A stretch of DNA of 64,000 nt from Lama glama (GCA_028534125.1 CM052817.1:76510001-76574000), one strand, 5' to 3'; shown: positions 24,186-38,304, counted from the stretch's first letter. Notes: generated by a model not told the origin, from the sequence alone. Numbers and translations: made by a program.

Positions 24186-27100
24186 AATGGGTTTATTAAT
24201 CTGCATCACAAACAGCTAAATTTCTCCAAATGTTCTGTATTTTTGACAATGTTAAGTGTATACCAGTAGTACCTGCCATGTTTTGGAACAGTGTTTGCCC
24301 AGCTCATTATTTCACTTATTCATTCATTCATTGTCAACTCTTTAAGCAAATGAATAACCTATCACAGGAAGTGTTTTGGAGATGCTTATAACTGACGTGT
24401 ACTTGTTTAGTTAGGTGCAAGTCACAAACAGAGACAAAAATTGTGTCAGGGCTGGGGATTTAGCAAAACAGAAGTGTTGTAAATTATCTGCTCCAAGCCT
24501 TAAAGCTAGCTTACGGAGTCATAAAAATGCAGCAGCAGTATTCATAAATTCCTTTTCATGGAACAAATGTAGCTATGGTACTCAAGAGAAGACGTTTTAC
24601 AGCCCAGAGAGGTCCTTGTTATTCTCCACATTGATCTTCAGTTGCTGCCTGGCTGGAAGCACACGAGGCAAAAGGCTGATGAAAGCGCCAAAGCGACAGA
24701 GAAGCAAGGTGCCCAGTGCTTCCAGCGACATAATGAAGATACATGTGGTTACATGAGAATTAAGCTGGTCCCAGATCAATAATGTAAATCAAAGAATAAA
24801 AAGACAAACTTGTGTTTCTCTAAAAGAAGAGTGAAACTATAGATCACAACTAATTTGTAGAGTAGTAATGCACGAAGTATGCTTAAGATCTCAAACCCTG
24901 AATAGCTTATTTGGCTGAAATTAAACACATATATCATTCTAACAAATATCTCCCAGCAGATTGTGAACTTTGGAAATAGGAAAAGGAATTAAAGGCAATG
25001 TATTTTTTATATCTATGTTCTTCTGTCTCAGCATTCAATTATTTTTCTATCAAGAATTTATATTTTCTATTCAACAGATGTTGATTGGCTTTTTAATAGA
25101 CATTGTAAAGGTAGTACAAAACAATGAGCTTCAAAAACAATAAACTCAACAGCTATTATTTATCTAATTTCTAAGTGACAGGCCTATTATTCCGTTTCAA
25201 AATAGCAGGAAGGGATGAAAGAATAGGACACAATTCTTTTGCTTCACTAAAGCTGTGATCAACTGCCAGTCTCAACTAAAAACAGTGAATAGTTTTAAAC
25301 AAAGAGATGTTAGCTTGCCAGAAGGAAATCCATTAAACACATGATAACTATGGTTTATCGGAAATGCAGCAGGCCAGCCTACCAGGGAGAAAAGGGAAAC
25401 TTAGCAACTATTTTTTTCTTAATGCAAACTTACCCTTTATGCCAGTCTCATCTTTAATAGTAACAGAACAAAAGAATAAAACTAAGACTTATTGAGAATT
25501 ATTTGAATATACATATGAATTTAAATAATCTGTGTGGTTTATATTATTTTCCACTTATATATGTGTGTGTGTGTATAAATAAATACACTCACACAATTTT
25601 TCAAAGGGAGGAGATAAAGGTAAAGTCCATGACATGAAAAACTAAAGGCATTTCGACTAAAAAACTCATTTTTTAAAGGAAAATTACCCCATGAAAGGAG
25701 GAGTGTGAATGTCAGTGAGCCATGTTTTATAAACTACATTTTTGTAATTATAAGTTGTATTTATATTTAGACTTTTAAATTCACAAGTTCCTAAAGAAAA
25801 ATTACATTCCACAGTACACATCCTTTGTAGTTAGTGGGAGGCTGGCCCAACCATTGTATTCATTATAGGAGCAGGCCCTGATTCTCCAAAGCATGTCTTT
25901 TTTTTCCTAGTGATATTTTTCATTCTTCCATTGATTTCCAACCTGGAAACTCATTCTTGCTCTCCAACACATAAAAGTTGACTTCTGTGGGTTTATTGCT
26001 TCAGTTGTCCCAGAAATTGTTTATAGTTTTTAATTGGGTAATTAAAGGAAAGGAATGCTTTAATTTTAACTTAGGAGTAATTCAACTTAGACTTACGGTT
26101 CTACAACAAGGAGATCTAATTTCTGAGTTTCTCTAAAACACATCTATATGAAGGTCCCAGGCTGTCTACTTGATGTGAAAGACGGCTCTCTAGAGAAGGT
26201 TGATGTCCATTGCTTAAACAGCTCAGAGGCCTACAGGCTGTGATTTCCATTCAAGAAAAGAGTAAGTGAGAGCCAGAATTTCCTGGCTAAGATCCTGAAC
26301 AAATTGTTTTTACATTGTTGCAATATTAGTACATCTACAAATAAAAATTTCTAGTTGTCTGCATATGGAACTTTCTTCATGATGATAAGGATTCACAGTC
26401 AACTATTTCATGGTTTTGGAAAGGTCTTACAAAGTCATACTAAGTTGGGTGAATCTGCCGTGAAAATGTTTCTAAAGACTCAAGTGATCCTAAAAGTTTT
26501 CATAAATACTTCTGAAATCCTTCCTACCTCCATGAAAATATAAGTTTAAAAAAATAAGATAATTATGTGCAAAGTATGAATTTAATTACATTTTATATGA
26601 GGAGTGAATATGAATTGGATTATTTCTAATGGATTTTTAAACTCATGAAAATAAAAATGAGATTGAGTACCTGTATTTATTTCCTATTGCTGCTTTACCA
26701 AACTGCCATAAATGTATGGCTTTAAATCCAAAAGTCCAGAATTACCTGTGATATATTTTAAGGTGACAATAGTTTGGCAGATTTTGTTTTTCTTAAACCT
26801 AAACTATGCTTCATATTTATCACAAATTGAATGAAAATACTTTAAAAAGGAATAATTTCAAATGGAAGTAATAGTAATAATAGTATTAGTTCAACAAATG
26901 ACTTTTATCATTTACTTCTAATTTGCTTTCCCTTAAACTTACATCAACATACTGCTCTATTTGTCACTCCATTTGAAATCAACTTTCCTTTGTATGTTTG
27001 AGTGTTCTTCCTTCTGCAGTGTTCTCTCAACCCACAGAATATGTCTAACAATACTTTTCTGAAGCTGTGCACTGTCTCTAAGATCACCAAATGTGATTTC

Positions 27101-27731
27101 TTGAGAATCAAATTAATACTTTTGTTTAGGTTTCACCAACTCTTGAGAGAACAGGAATGACACCTGTCATAAATTACCAAAGAAATTTAGCACAAACAGA
27201 AGAAACAGCAGTTAGTTTTTTCTAAGAAACCCTAAATTCAGTCTGTCTGGGGGAAACAGCATGTAATCTATCCTGATGTTTCCATAAATATTGAAACAGA
27301 ATAATGCACTGCAAAGAGGCAGCATATTATATTATACACTGTGGCATTCTGTGATTAATATGATAGTAGGACACTCAGCCATAGCTATCAGTAGCCCTCA
27401 AGTCAGTCTTGCAGAAGGCAGAGTGGCTCATTAGGAACAAGATGAAAAAGACAAATCCAAAAATAAAGGAAAATTGAATTCAGGAATGTCTCAGTTTTAA
27501 CCAAAGTCATTTTCAGGAGAAATTAGAGCAACTTACAAATATTTGGAAAATTGTGTTGTTGCAAAGAAAGTACTCTCATCCTATGGGGCCCCAAATGGCA
27601 GACTTGAAATCATTATAATAAAACTAGAGGGCAATAGATTTCAGCTCAATAAAATAGAGCCAGGCATCATAGCCTGAGCAGGTCACCTTGGAAAAAAAAT
27701 CAGTTTCACAAGAGACATTACAGATGGTAGA

Positions 27732-28675
27732 CAGAGTGGGCCAATAGGTAATGTAATAGGGAAGAACAAATCTGACTTCATATTGGATCTGTTTCTTTCA
27801 CTTTAACCTTGTATTCTATTGCTTTTGCTGCAAGCTAATCACTAAAGGGATATTGCCGGTATCTGAAAGTATACATAATGACCCATCTCCTGGAACCCTG
27901 CCTCCCATGCCTGAGTTTTAGACTAAAACACCTTTATTTAAGCTCACAGGAAATATCCTAACCAGATCCACCTGTGAATGGCTGGAGGCAAGAAGAAACT
28001 AAGACAACCCTTCCAGAGTCTGGCCGAAACCAGGAAACATTTGCGACAACTTATGGCCTTTATACTTACCTCCTAACCTCCCCTGTTCTATAAAAGAAGC
28101 TAGCATCCAGAACCTGGCAAGATGGTTCTTTGGGACACTAGTCCACCATCTTCGCAGTCAGCTGGCTTTCTGAACAAGGTCACTATGCCTTGTTCCAACA
28201 ACTCCTCTCTCAATTTATTGGCCTGTCCTGTCGTGTGGCAAGTGGTATAAGCTGGGACTCAGTAACAGTAGCCCCTCAAAAGGTACGCCCAAATCTTAAT
28301 CTCTGAAACCTTGCCTTACTTGGAGAAAGAATCTTTGCAGATGTAATTAAGATCCAGGTCAGATTTTCCAAACTGGCCCAAAATTCAAGGAGAAAGGACC
28401 TTATGAGAGACATACAGACAAGTCAGGCACAGAAGAGAAGGTGATGTGAACATGAAAGAGAAATTGGAGTGCTGTGGCCACAAGCCAAGGAAGCCAGGAA
28501 CCACTAGCATCTAGATGCATGGAGAGAATGTGGCTCTAGAGTGTCTGTAGGGAGGGCTCCCCTGCTGACAACTGGATTTTGGACTTCGGGCCTCCAGAAC
28601 TATGAGGGAATAAAGCTCCGTAATTTTAAGCCACCAAGTTTGTGGTAATTTGTTGTGGAAGCTACAGGAAACACA
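27732..28675 (+). mobile_element. MaLR LTR (MLT1C-like), interrupted near its 5' end by an ERV1 LTR
   Basis: tctttgcagatgtaattaag...gccacaagccaaggaa...ggcctccagaactatgag...ttttaagccaccaagtttgtggtaatttgtt. Confidence 0.88.
27752..28267 (+). mobile_element. Complete solo ERV1-type LTR
   Basis: tgtaatagggaagaacaaatctgact...cagtaaca termini, flanks gtaa/gtag, TATAAAA at about 28089, caagatggttctttgggacactagtccaccatctt motif. Confidence 0.82.
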
Positions 28676-29944
28676 AAGCTGATGAGCATTCATCTAGAAT
28701 GTAAAAGTTATTCAAACACTGATAGAAAGTTATACTATATGATGTTTACATTCTTCCTCCTAAAATGTCCTACCATCTTTTTGAACATTTTCAGAAATTT
28801 ATCCATCAACCTAGAGCCACTGATGCTATTTCCAATAATTTCCAAAAAAGGGAATTTAGAACGATTACTCTGTTTCAGATGGTTAGCATTTAAAATAAAT
28901 TCTATGAGAACATTTTCCCCATGGAAATTATGGTGGAACTAGTAAAAATTTCAGAAAACTGCAGACTATTTACAAAAATGTCTAACACATTACCTAGTAC
29001 ACAAAGTTTTCATATATTTTCTTTTCCTTTCATCTTGTTTTTATTTTCCACACTGTAAGCAAGCATATGCACTCTCTATAAATTCCAAATAAATTCAATC
29101 TGCTATAGAAAAATAGTATAGTTAGAAAAAATAAAAGTAAAAACTTCTATAATGTTTCTCTCTAGGGTCCATGTTTCTTATTTTATACTTTAGCTTTGCT
29201 AGTTTCTCTTTCTAACAAGATTAAAAACACTTGGCAGAACTATTAGTCTCCCTTTAATTAGAAGGAAAAAAAAACTTGTGCATAGTTTCAAGAGGTTTTT
29301 TTGTTGTTGTTTAGAGTGAACTTGACCTAATTTCTCGGTTTGCCGTCATGCCTATAGAGGCACAAGGGATTCCCAGCAAAGAGTGCAGAAAGTATTGTTT
29401 CACCTTGAAGACATGCAAGCTTTTGTGCCCAGGCTTATGTAGCTAAATACCTGCATGAAATACACTTGGGTAAATAATTTGTGTAAAAGGACAACTGAAC
29501 TTGAGTTTTCTTCCTAGAAATCACCACAGCAGAACTGTAAAAGATTAGGATTTTATTTTCTTTCAAACATTGCTTGGAATGTTTTCTTGGCAGCAATGCA
29601 GATAAATTATCGCACAGTATTTAGGAATCATTTGCATGAATAGAGATGATATTCTTCAAATGTTTGGTTTAAGCTTTGGTGGTCTATCTGAAACTGCCAA
29701 ATGTCATTGATAATTGAGTGGAAGGAAATGTTAGTATGAAATAGTCCAAGTCTCTAATCCAAAAGCTTTTTCAAATTATTTTTGGAATGGTAAATAATGC
29801 TTTTATCTCCAGTGATTCCCTATTAAAACACATTTTGGTTTGATAAGTTGGCCTTCTCTATGGGCACCTGGCAAAAAGAAAAGGCTGGTAAAATATATAT
29901 ATAAAAGGATCATCAAGCTGTCATCACAAGTTAGAAACCATCAA

Positions 29945-30228
29945 GACTCACAGACATAGTAAACAATCCTGTGCTTACTGGGAGTAACAGGGGTGGGAAG
30001 GGATAAACTGGGATTTTTGAGAATTGCTAATATTAACTGCTATATATAAATAGACAAAAAGAATTCTTCTGTATAGCACAGAAGAATACAACTGTATTCA
30101 ATATCTTATAGTAACCTATAATGAAAAAAATATGAAAATGAATATATGTATGCATATTTATGACTAAACCATTATGCTGTACACCAGAAATTGACACATT
30201 ATAACTGATTATACTTCAATTAAAAGGT
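29945..30228 (+). mobile_element. Young camelid-type L1 3' end
   Basis: Same 3' UTR as 17718-18140; 10-bp TSD aaaccatcaa (29935-29944 and 30229-30238). Confidence 0.93.
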
Positions 30229-30799
30229 AAACCATCAAAATTTCCTGTAGATAACTTAAATTATAATTTGCTTTTTTTGTTTGTTTTCCTGAATCACATC
30301 ATTAAATGGCGTTCCAGAGATCATAAATAATATATTTTCTCTCGTGTGTGTTTATGCACATTTGTAGGTAAGAAAATAATTCCTTGATAAACAACACAGA
30401 AAACAAAATTGACAGAAAAAAGTTCTTGCTAACCCTGTCTCCCTAAATTTCACTCTTGACTTTGAGCATACAGTTTGCAAATGAGTACTTCATTCTCTTG
30501 AAAATCTCCTAGAATGGCTGAGGCAGGTTGACAGAAGCAAACATACACACATAAATGTACTCGGGTGTATAGAAATTTAAGATATAGTGAGAGGATAAAT
30601 AAAAATCAATATGGATAACTTTAAAGAGCCTCTGTATCAATCAGAAGAGAGAGCCCTCGGATGTTCGGTAACTTAAAGCAGTTCAGAACCACAGGACAGG
30701 ATTATAACCATCATTATATTGGTGAAGTCGCTCTATCTTTTCTATACTGCTCTACACATTTCTCCCACAAATTCTCCATTCCACTATTGACATTTCTTA

Positions 30800-30985
30800 C
30801 AATCCATGCCGCTGTGATCACTGGATCCCCGAGTTCATCATGAGTAAACTCTCCCTCATCCTCTACCTCCTCACAGGTGATTTTATACATCCTCTTGTCC
30901 TTCACATCTCCTTGTTCCTAAAAGATACTACTTTTCGTGCAGCCATCTTCAGTGGTGGCTGTTCCTCCTATACCTGTGTCAGTCA
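30800..30985 (+). mobile_element. L2 ORF2 N-terminal endonuclease remnant
   Basis: Translates W..FIMSKLSLILYLL...HPLVL...KDTTFRAAIFSGG, resembling the recalled L2 APE start (NKLPYILNL...HLLAL...EDTASPAALSSGG). Confidence 0.6.
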
Positions 30986-31447
30986 TGCGCAGTGCTGGCA
31001 TCTTCCTTTTAGATGGCAGAACACCTCTTCTGCACTCTAGTGATACCCAGCCAAATGGACCAATGATGTATTCCTTGCTTTGACTCCTTATTTGCTTCCC
31101 ATTCTGCTGGATCATGGATCCATGTCTGTTTTTTATTTGTTTGTTTTTGTTCTGCTATCACCAGAACATTTAACGGCCCTCCTTTTTGCATTTTTAGGGG
31201 TTAGCCCAACTTGTATTGTGGCTACAACTGACCTTATGCTCAAAAAATAGAAATTATAAATGGGATGAAAATAAGATCATGCTTTTTCAGTCCTTAACAC
31301 TTTTCATTTAACTATTTTATCAGTTCCCCCCCCCAAAAAAATACCATCCAACTTTAACATATTTCTCCAGACTTTCAGAGTTTAGTAAGAAAAGAAAACC
31401 ATTACCATCCCCTAGTTTACCAGAGCCCAGAAGTCTTAGAGCCACTA

Positions 31448-31747
31448 GGTGGGCTAAGTTGGGAGTTCAGGATTTGCAGATACTAACTATTATATATAAA
31501 ACAGATAAGCAACAAGGTCCTACTGTGTTGCACAGGGAACTATATTCAATACCTTGCAATAGCCTATAGTGAAAAAGAATATATATATAAATTAAATAGT
31601 CCCCTGTGACCTCAGAGAAATGCTAAGTCTCCTGTGTGCTATATATATATATATATAGCTGAATAACTATAATGTATGCCAGAAATTAACGCAACATTGT
31701 AAACGGACTACACTTCAATAAAAATAAAACAAAACAAAACAACAAAC
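31448..31747 (+). mobile_element. Young L1 3' end containing a 50-bp foreign insert in its (TA)n
   Basis: gggagttcaggatttgcagatac...gcacagggaactatattcaata...caacattgtaaacggactacacttcaataaaa. Confidence 0.9.
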
Positions 31748-32527
31748 AGAAGGGCTTCCATAGGAACTAGATGCACAGAGGAAATACAGCCTTTGCCAAG
31801 GACACAGACAGAATCAGGAAAAAAAAATTGGGAAGATGTGCTCTGGCTTCTTTGTTTCTTTCCAGCCTCTGTTCTCTTCCTGTGACATTAGCCAGAGCCA
31901 ATGAACAAGGGACCTTGGGATACAGTGCTGTGGTGAGCCTCTAGCTACTCAGAGTAGAGCAGAAGAAGGGCGAGAAATTGATTCCAGAGCAATCATGCAA
32001 ATGACCAACAACCCAGCAATGGTGAATGAGTCAGGGCCTTTCTGCAGGCTATTTTTTGGGTTTTGGAATAACTTTGCCCAACTTTGAGACTGCTTCTATG
32101 TACTCTTCTCTGATACCACCAGAGAGACACTATTTTCTACCTGCTATATATTTCCCTTGTTCTGCCTTCAACAGTATACTGAAATATATTTGCTCAATGT
32201 GTTCATTTTTGTCTGCTGAATATTTTCTGTTTCTAAATAACAGTTTAGAGCTTACGAATTCCAGTAAAATCAGAAAGGAAGTAAATTGAGCTTTGAAATA
32301 TTTTGTCCCCAAATCACTATACTCATGTCTAAGATAAGCAAGTACAACTTTATAGACTCCATCTCACGGCTCCTGCTAGCCATAGAGATAATGCTCTCTT
32401 TTTCCATAATGCAAAAATGCCCACATTTTAATCTCCCTTTGTTTGAAGACAATTAAAAGTGAAACTGTTATACTTCCTCCTATACTCCTAATATTATAGC
32501 CTAGGGACATATCTGACTCACAGCTGG

Positions 32528-32790
32528 CGAGGCGCTGCAGTGCAGCAGGAAGCAGACAGGTTCAAAAGTCAGACTCTGTAGATTGGAATTCTGACTCCAT
32601 CACTACCAACAACTTACCTTCACCAAGTTATTTAACCTCAGTGTGCCACAGTTCCCATATCAGAAAATAGGATGAATAATAATCTAATTTATAAGTTTAT
32701 GGTAAAATTTAAGAGCTAAGATCAGTAAAAATCTTTGAAAAGCACCTGTACGTGGTATGCACTATGTAAGTGTTAACTGAGATTTTATTT
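32528..32790 (+). mobile_element. Near full-length MIR
   Basis: caagttatttaacctcagtgtgccacagttcccatatcagaaaatagga core; ends gtaagtgttaac. Confidence 0.8.
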
Positions 32791-33367
32791 TTTATCAATA
32801 ATAAATTATTATTTTAGTCTTATAGGAAGACAAATTCAGATGAATTGTTTATACCATAGGCAAGAAAGTCTTCTTATAAAAGCCCCATAGTAAAAATGTG
32901 TAACAAGATATTAACATGTAATAGTTAAAACAAAACGAATGATTTTTACGTCTGCATGTGTGTGCACACATGTATGTGTAAATATCCAAAACATATGTTG
33001 TTAACTACAAACTTACAATAACAGGAAAGATATTCTGTATTATATAATCAAACTAAATGAAGTTTAAAAATATTTCTGTATTTTCATTATTTTTAAAATT
33101 ACACTTTGCTTAGCCATAGAAAATATAATTACTTAAGGACTTCTCTCCTTAGAATCTACACCATGATGTTTCTACTTCATTTTCACATCTATTCTGTTTT
33201 GTTATTTAAATTCAAAAGAGTCCAATTTTAATTTTTTCCATTTTTGAAACTGTGATTAATTTTGGTGGCTTATGAAGAGAAAGTCAGTAAAAGCAAATAT
33301 TCATGACTGAGAGCCACTGAAAATGAATACCAGATATTGAATTCTGTTTTCTGGCACTTGTACTTAT

Positions 33368-34022
33368 AAGAGAAACTTCTTGCTCAGTTTCTGGTTCCAC
33401 ATGTAAGCAGTTTGGAAGTCACCACTCCACTCTACAAACAAGCAAAAAGCAGAACAGACTGAAAAATTAACAGCTTTTCTTGGGTCCATAACAGAGTGGA
33501 GAAACCAGAACAAACCACTGCCTCTAAGGTTGGAGAGACAGACTGGTGAATACAGAATCACACCCTATCCATAACGCAGAGACACTTGAGAGGAAACTGT
33601 CTCAGGAAAAAGTCACAGCATAGAAAAACCTAAACTGTAGTTGATAAATTACTGGAGTCTCAGAATGGACACCTCTGAGACATAAAAACACCAGGGGACC
33701 CAATTATTGGAGAAAAGAGGATATAATATTGTGAGATTTATGAGGAGGTTGACCGGGTTCCCATATTACACAGAGAAAAATTCTCTGGGTCTTCTGGCAG
33801 GGGGAGGGGAAAGGAACCAATTTGAAATACATCAGAGCAGTCTGCTCTCCTTAACGAGGTCTGCCCTTGAAGGAAATTAATTAACTAGATCCTAACCTGC
33901 TGGGGTATTAGCAGAGCCTGTACAGGGAAAGAGAAATACCCAACTCTAGCCCACTAGAAACATCCTAAGTGAGGAGAAAAAAATGAGAAACACTTGTAAT
34001 GTTCGCAGTCCAGAGGCAAAGG
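33368..34022 (+). mobile_element. Old L1 (L1MB/MC-like) 5' UTR
   Basis: tttctggttccacatgtaagcagtttggaagtcaccactcc...gactgaaaaattaacagc. Confidence 0.7.
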
Positions 34023-34027
34023 ATCAT

Positions 34028-36300
34028 GCACCATGACAAAGTGAGATATATCGCAGGGATGCAAGGATGATTCAATATCTGCAAATCAATCGATTTGATA
34101 CACCATATTAACAGACTGAAGAATAAAAATCATATAATCATCTCAACAGATGCAGAAGAAGCTTTAAACAAAATCCAACATCCATAATATGATAAAAACT
34201 CTCCAGAAAGTGGGTATAGAGGTAATATGCCTCAACATAATAAAGGACATATATGACAAGCACACAGTTAACATCATACTCAATGGTGCAAAGCAGAAAG
34301 CATTACCTTCAAGATCAGGAACAAGATAAGGATGCTAACTCTTGAAAGGTCTACTGAACACGGTACTGGAAGTCCTCACTACAAGAAATAAACAAGAAGT
34401 AAAAGGACTCCAAATTAGAAAGAATGAAGTAAAACTGTCACTCTTTGCAGATGACATGATAGTATACATAGAAAATCCTAAAGACACTACCAAAAAACTA
34501 CTAGAGCTCATCAATAAATTTGGTAAAGTTGCAGGATACAAATTTAATATACAGAAATCTGTTGCATTTCTAGGCACTAACAATGAACTATCATAAAGAG
34601 AAATTCATAAAACAATGCCATTCACAATTGCATAAAGAATAGAACACTTGGGAATTAATCTAACTAAGGTGGTAAGGGACCTGTACTTGGGAAACTGTAA
34701 GACACTGTTGAAACAAATTGAAGACTACACAAACAGATGGAAATATATTCCATGCTTATGGATTTGAAGAATTAATACTGTTAAAATGATGATACTACTC
34801 AAGGCAATTTACAGATCTGATGCAATCTCTATCAAAATTGATGTTTTTTTTAACAGAACTAGAATAAATAATTCTAAAATTTGTATGGAAACACAAAAGA
34901 CCCTGAATAGTAAAAATTATCTTGAGAAAGAGGAATAAAGTTAGAGGGATCATGCTCCCTGATTTCATGCTATACTACAAAAGCTACATTCATCAAAATA
35001 TGGTATTAGCACAAAAACAGACAGATCAGTAGAGGAGAATAGAGAGCCTAGCAATGAATCCACAATCATATGCGAAGTTAATCTATAAGAAAAGAGACAA
35101 GAATATACAATGGGGAAAAGACTTCTTCAATAAATGGTGCTGGGGAAACTGGACAGCTAAATGTAAGAGAATCAAACTGGATTGTTCTCATACACCATGC
35201 ACAAAAATAAATTCAAAATGAATTTAAAAATTTAAGCCCTAAAACCATAAAACTTCTGCAAGAAAACATAGGGAGTAGGGCCTTTGACATTGGACTTAGT
35301 GATATTATTTTGGATATATCTCTTCAGGTAAGGGAAAGAAACACAAAAATAAACAAACGGGAGTACATCAAACTAAAAGCTTTTGAACAGCAAAGGAAAT
35401 CAAATAAAACAAAAAGGCCACCTACTGAAGGCAAGAAGTTATTTCCAAATGATATATCTGCCAAGGGATTAATATACAAATACACACAGAACTTATACAA
35501 CTCAACATAAAGGACAATTTTTAAATGGGCAGAGGTTCTGAACAGACATTTTTCCAAAGACATATAGATGGCTAGAAGGTACATGAAAAGATGCTCAGCA
35601 TCATGAATCATCAGGGAAATGTAAATCAAAGTCACAATGAGATATCACCTTACACTTCTTAGAATGGTTATGATCAAAAAGACAACAATTAAGTGTTGGC
35701 AAGGATGAGGAGAAAAGGTGCACCCTTGTGCACTGTTGGTAAGAATCTAAATGTGTACACCTGCTGTGGAAAATAATATGGAGATGCTCAAAAATTTAAT
35801 AATAGAACTACCACAATATCCTGCAATTCCACTCCTGGGTATTAAGCTGAAGAAAATGGAAACTGTCCATCAAAATATGAATTGATAAAGATGTAGTATA
35901 AAATGGAATATTACTCATCCATAAAAAAGAATAAATTCTTGTCTTTTGAGACAGCATGTATGGACCTAGACTATCTTATGCTAAGTGAAGTAAATCAGAC
36001 ACACATAGAAAAGCCCTGTATGATTTCACTTGTATATGTAATCTAAAAAATGAAATAAATAAACATAAAAAAGCAGAATCAGAGCTGCACAGAACAAGCA
36101 GATGTTAACAAAGGGGAGGAGATAAGGGGAGGAAAGAAATAGGTGAAGGAGATTAACAGGTACAATCTTTTACTTGCAAACAAATGAGTTATGAGTATGA
36201 AATGTACAGGTGAGGCATATATCAATAACTATGTAATTTCTACGTATGGTGATATATAACTAGAATTCTGGTAGTAAACATTATGAAATGTACAGAAATC
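34028..36300 (+). mobile_element. 5'-truncated L1 (RT to 3' UTR, terminus missing)
   Basis: [44 protein letters not shown] (RT catalytic motif). Confidence 0.95.
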
Positions 36301-38018
36301 CATTGTTTTTCTATACACAAATAATGAAACATCACAAAGAGAAAACAAGAAGAAAAATCCCCTTTAAAATCACATCAGAAGAATAAAATCCCTAGGAATA
36401 ACCTTAATTAAGGAGGTGAAATACTAATACTCTGAAAACTATAAAACTTTAATAAAGGAAATTGAAGATAATACAAAGAAATGGAAATATAATCTATATT
36501 CATGGATTGGAAGAATTTTTATTGTTCAAATGTCCATGCTACTCAAAGCAATCTACAGATTTAATGTAATCCTTACCAAAATACCTATGAAATGTTTCAC
36601 AGAACTAGAACAAATAATCCTAAAATGTATATGGAATCACAAAAGACCCAAATTGTAAAAGTAATCTTGGGGAAAAAGAACGAAGCTAGAGATACAATGC
36701 TGCCTGATTTCAGACTATACTACAAAGCTACAGTAATCAAAACAGCATAAAACTGGCACAAAAACAGACACAGAACAGAACAGAATAGAGTACAGAAATA
36801 AACTCACACAGTTATAGTCAATTAATCCATGACAAAGGAGGCAAGAATATACAATGAAGAAAAGACAGTGTCTTCAATAAATGGTGCCAGGAAAACTGGA
36901 TAACTACATGTCAAAGAATAATATTAGAACATTCTCTAACACTATATACAAAAATAAACTCAAAATGGATTAAAGACCTAAATATAAGACTTGAAATCAT
37001 AAAACTCCTAGAAGAGAACATAGAACACTGTTTGACATAAATCGTAGCAATATTTTTTGGATGTCTCCTAAAGCAAAAGAAAGGAAAGCAAAAAATGAAC
37101 AAATGGGACCTAATTAAAGTGTTTTTCCCAGCAAAGGAAACCATCAATATATTAAAAAACCAAGTGACCCAGTTTAAAAATGGGCAGAAGACCCAAGCAG
37201 ACATTCTTCCAAAGAAGATATATAGATGGCCAAGAGGCAAATGAAAAAATGTTCAATATTGTTCATCATCAGAGAAATGCAAATCAAAATCACAATGAGA
37301 TATCACTTCACACCTGTCAAGATGATTATCAACAAAACATGTACAAATAATAAATGCTGGCTAAGATGTGGAGAAAAAAGAACTCAAGCACACTGTTGGT
37401 AGGAATGTAAATTGGTGCAGCCACTATGGAAAACAATATACAAGTTCCTCAAAAAACTGAAAATAGAACCACCATATGGTCCAGCAATTCCACCACTGGG
37501 TATGTATCTGAAGAAAACAAAAGCCTTAATTCAAAAGGTAAATGCACTCCAATGTTTATAGCAGCATTATTTGCAATAGCCAAGATACCAAAGCAATCTA
37601 CATGTCCATCAACTGATGAATGGATAAAGATGTAAGGCATATATACATATATGTATAATAAAGTTATACATTATAATATGAAATTATATTATCACTTACA
37701 CATGGAATCTAAAAAATAAAACAAATGAATATATATATATTAAAACAGAAACAGACTCATAGGTACTGGGAACAAACTAGTGGTTACCACTGGTGAGAGG
37801 CAAGGGGGGAGTGATCAGATAGGAGTATAGGATTGAAAGATACAAACTATTATGTATAAAATAGATAAGCAACAAGGATACATTGTTCACCACAGAGAAA
37901 TATAGCCATTATTTTGCAACAGCTTTAAATGCAGTATAATCTATAAAAATACTTAATCACTATGCTGTATACCTGAAGCTCATATAATATTATACATTAA
38001 CTATACTACAGTAAAAAA
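36291..38018 (+). mobile_element. Second 5'-truncated L1 with complete 3' UTR
   Basis: ORF2 restarts at tacagaaatccattgtttttctatac; CTPMFIAALFAIAK; 3' UTR ends taactatactacagtaaaaaa. Confidence 0.95.
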
Positions 38019-38304
38019 TTTACATAGTTAAGGAAGGCCGTATCTTGTGAAATTATAGGTATATTTTCATTATTGTATCACTCTGTGCCATAATGGAATT
38101 ATATAATTAGAAAAAAATTTTAGTGGGCTAGAATATTATTTTAAATAAAATATTGAACAAGTGATGTTCTAATTAATATTAGTTCAGAAATTCATAAATG
38201 TATTTTATTCATTATTCACATATTCACTAAGAATATGTGAATTATTTTCCATTCAGTATGTGAGCTAATGAATGCTTTCAATAAACATGTATTTAAACTT
38301 AGAG

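Noticed and set aside
30714..30905. Acidic - strand ORF (MKDKRMYK...) as a host gene
   Set aside because: It is the antisense frame of the L2 endonuclease remnant; kept only as a possible exonisation
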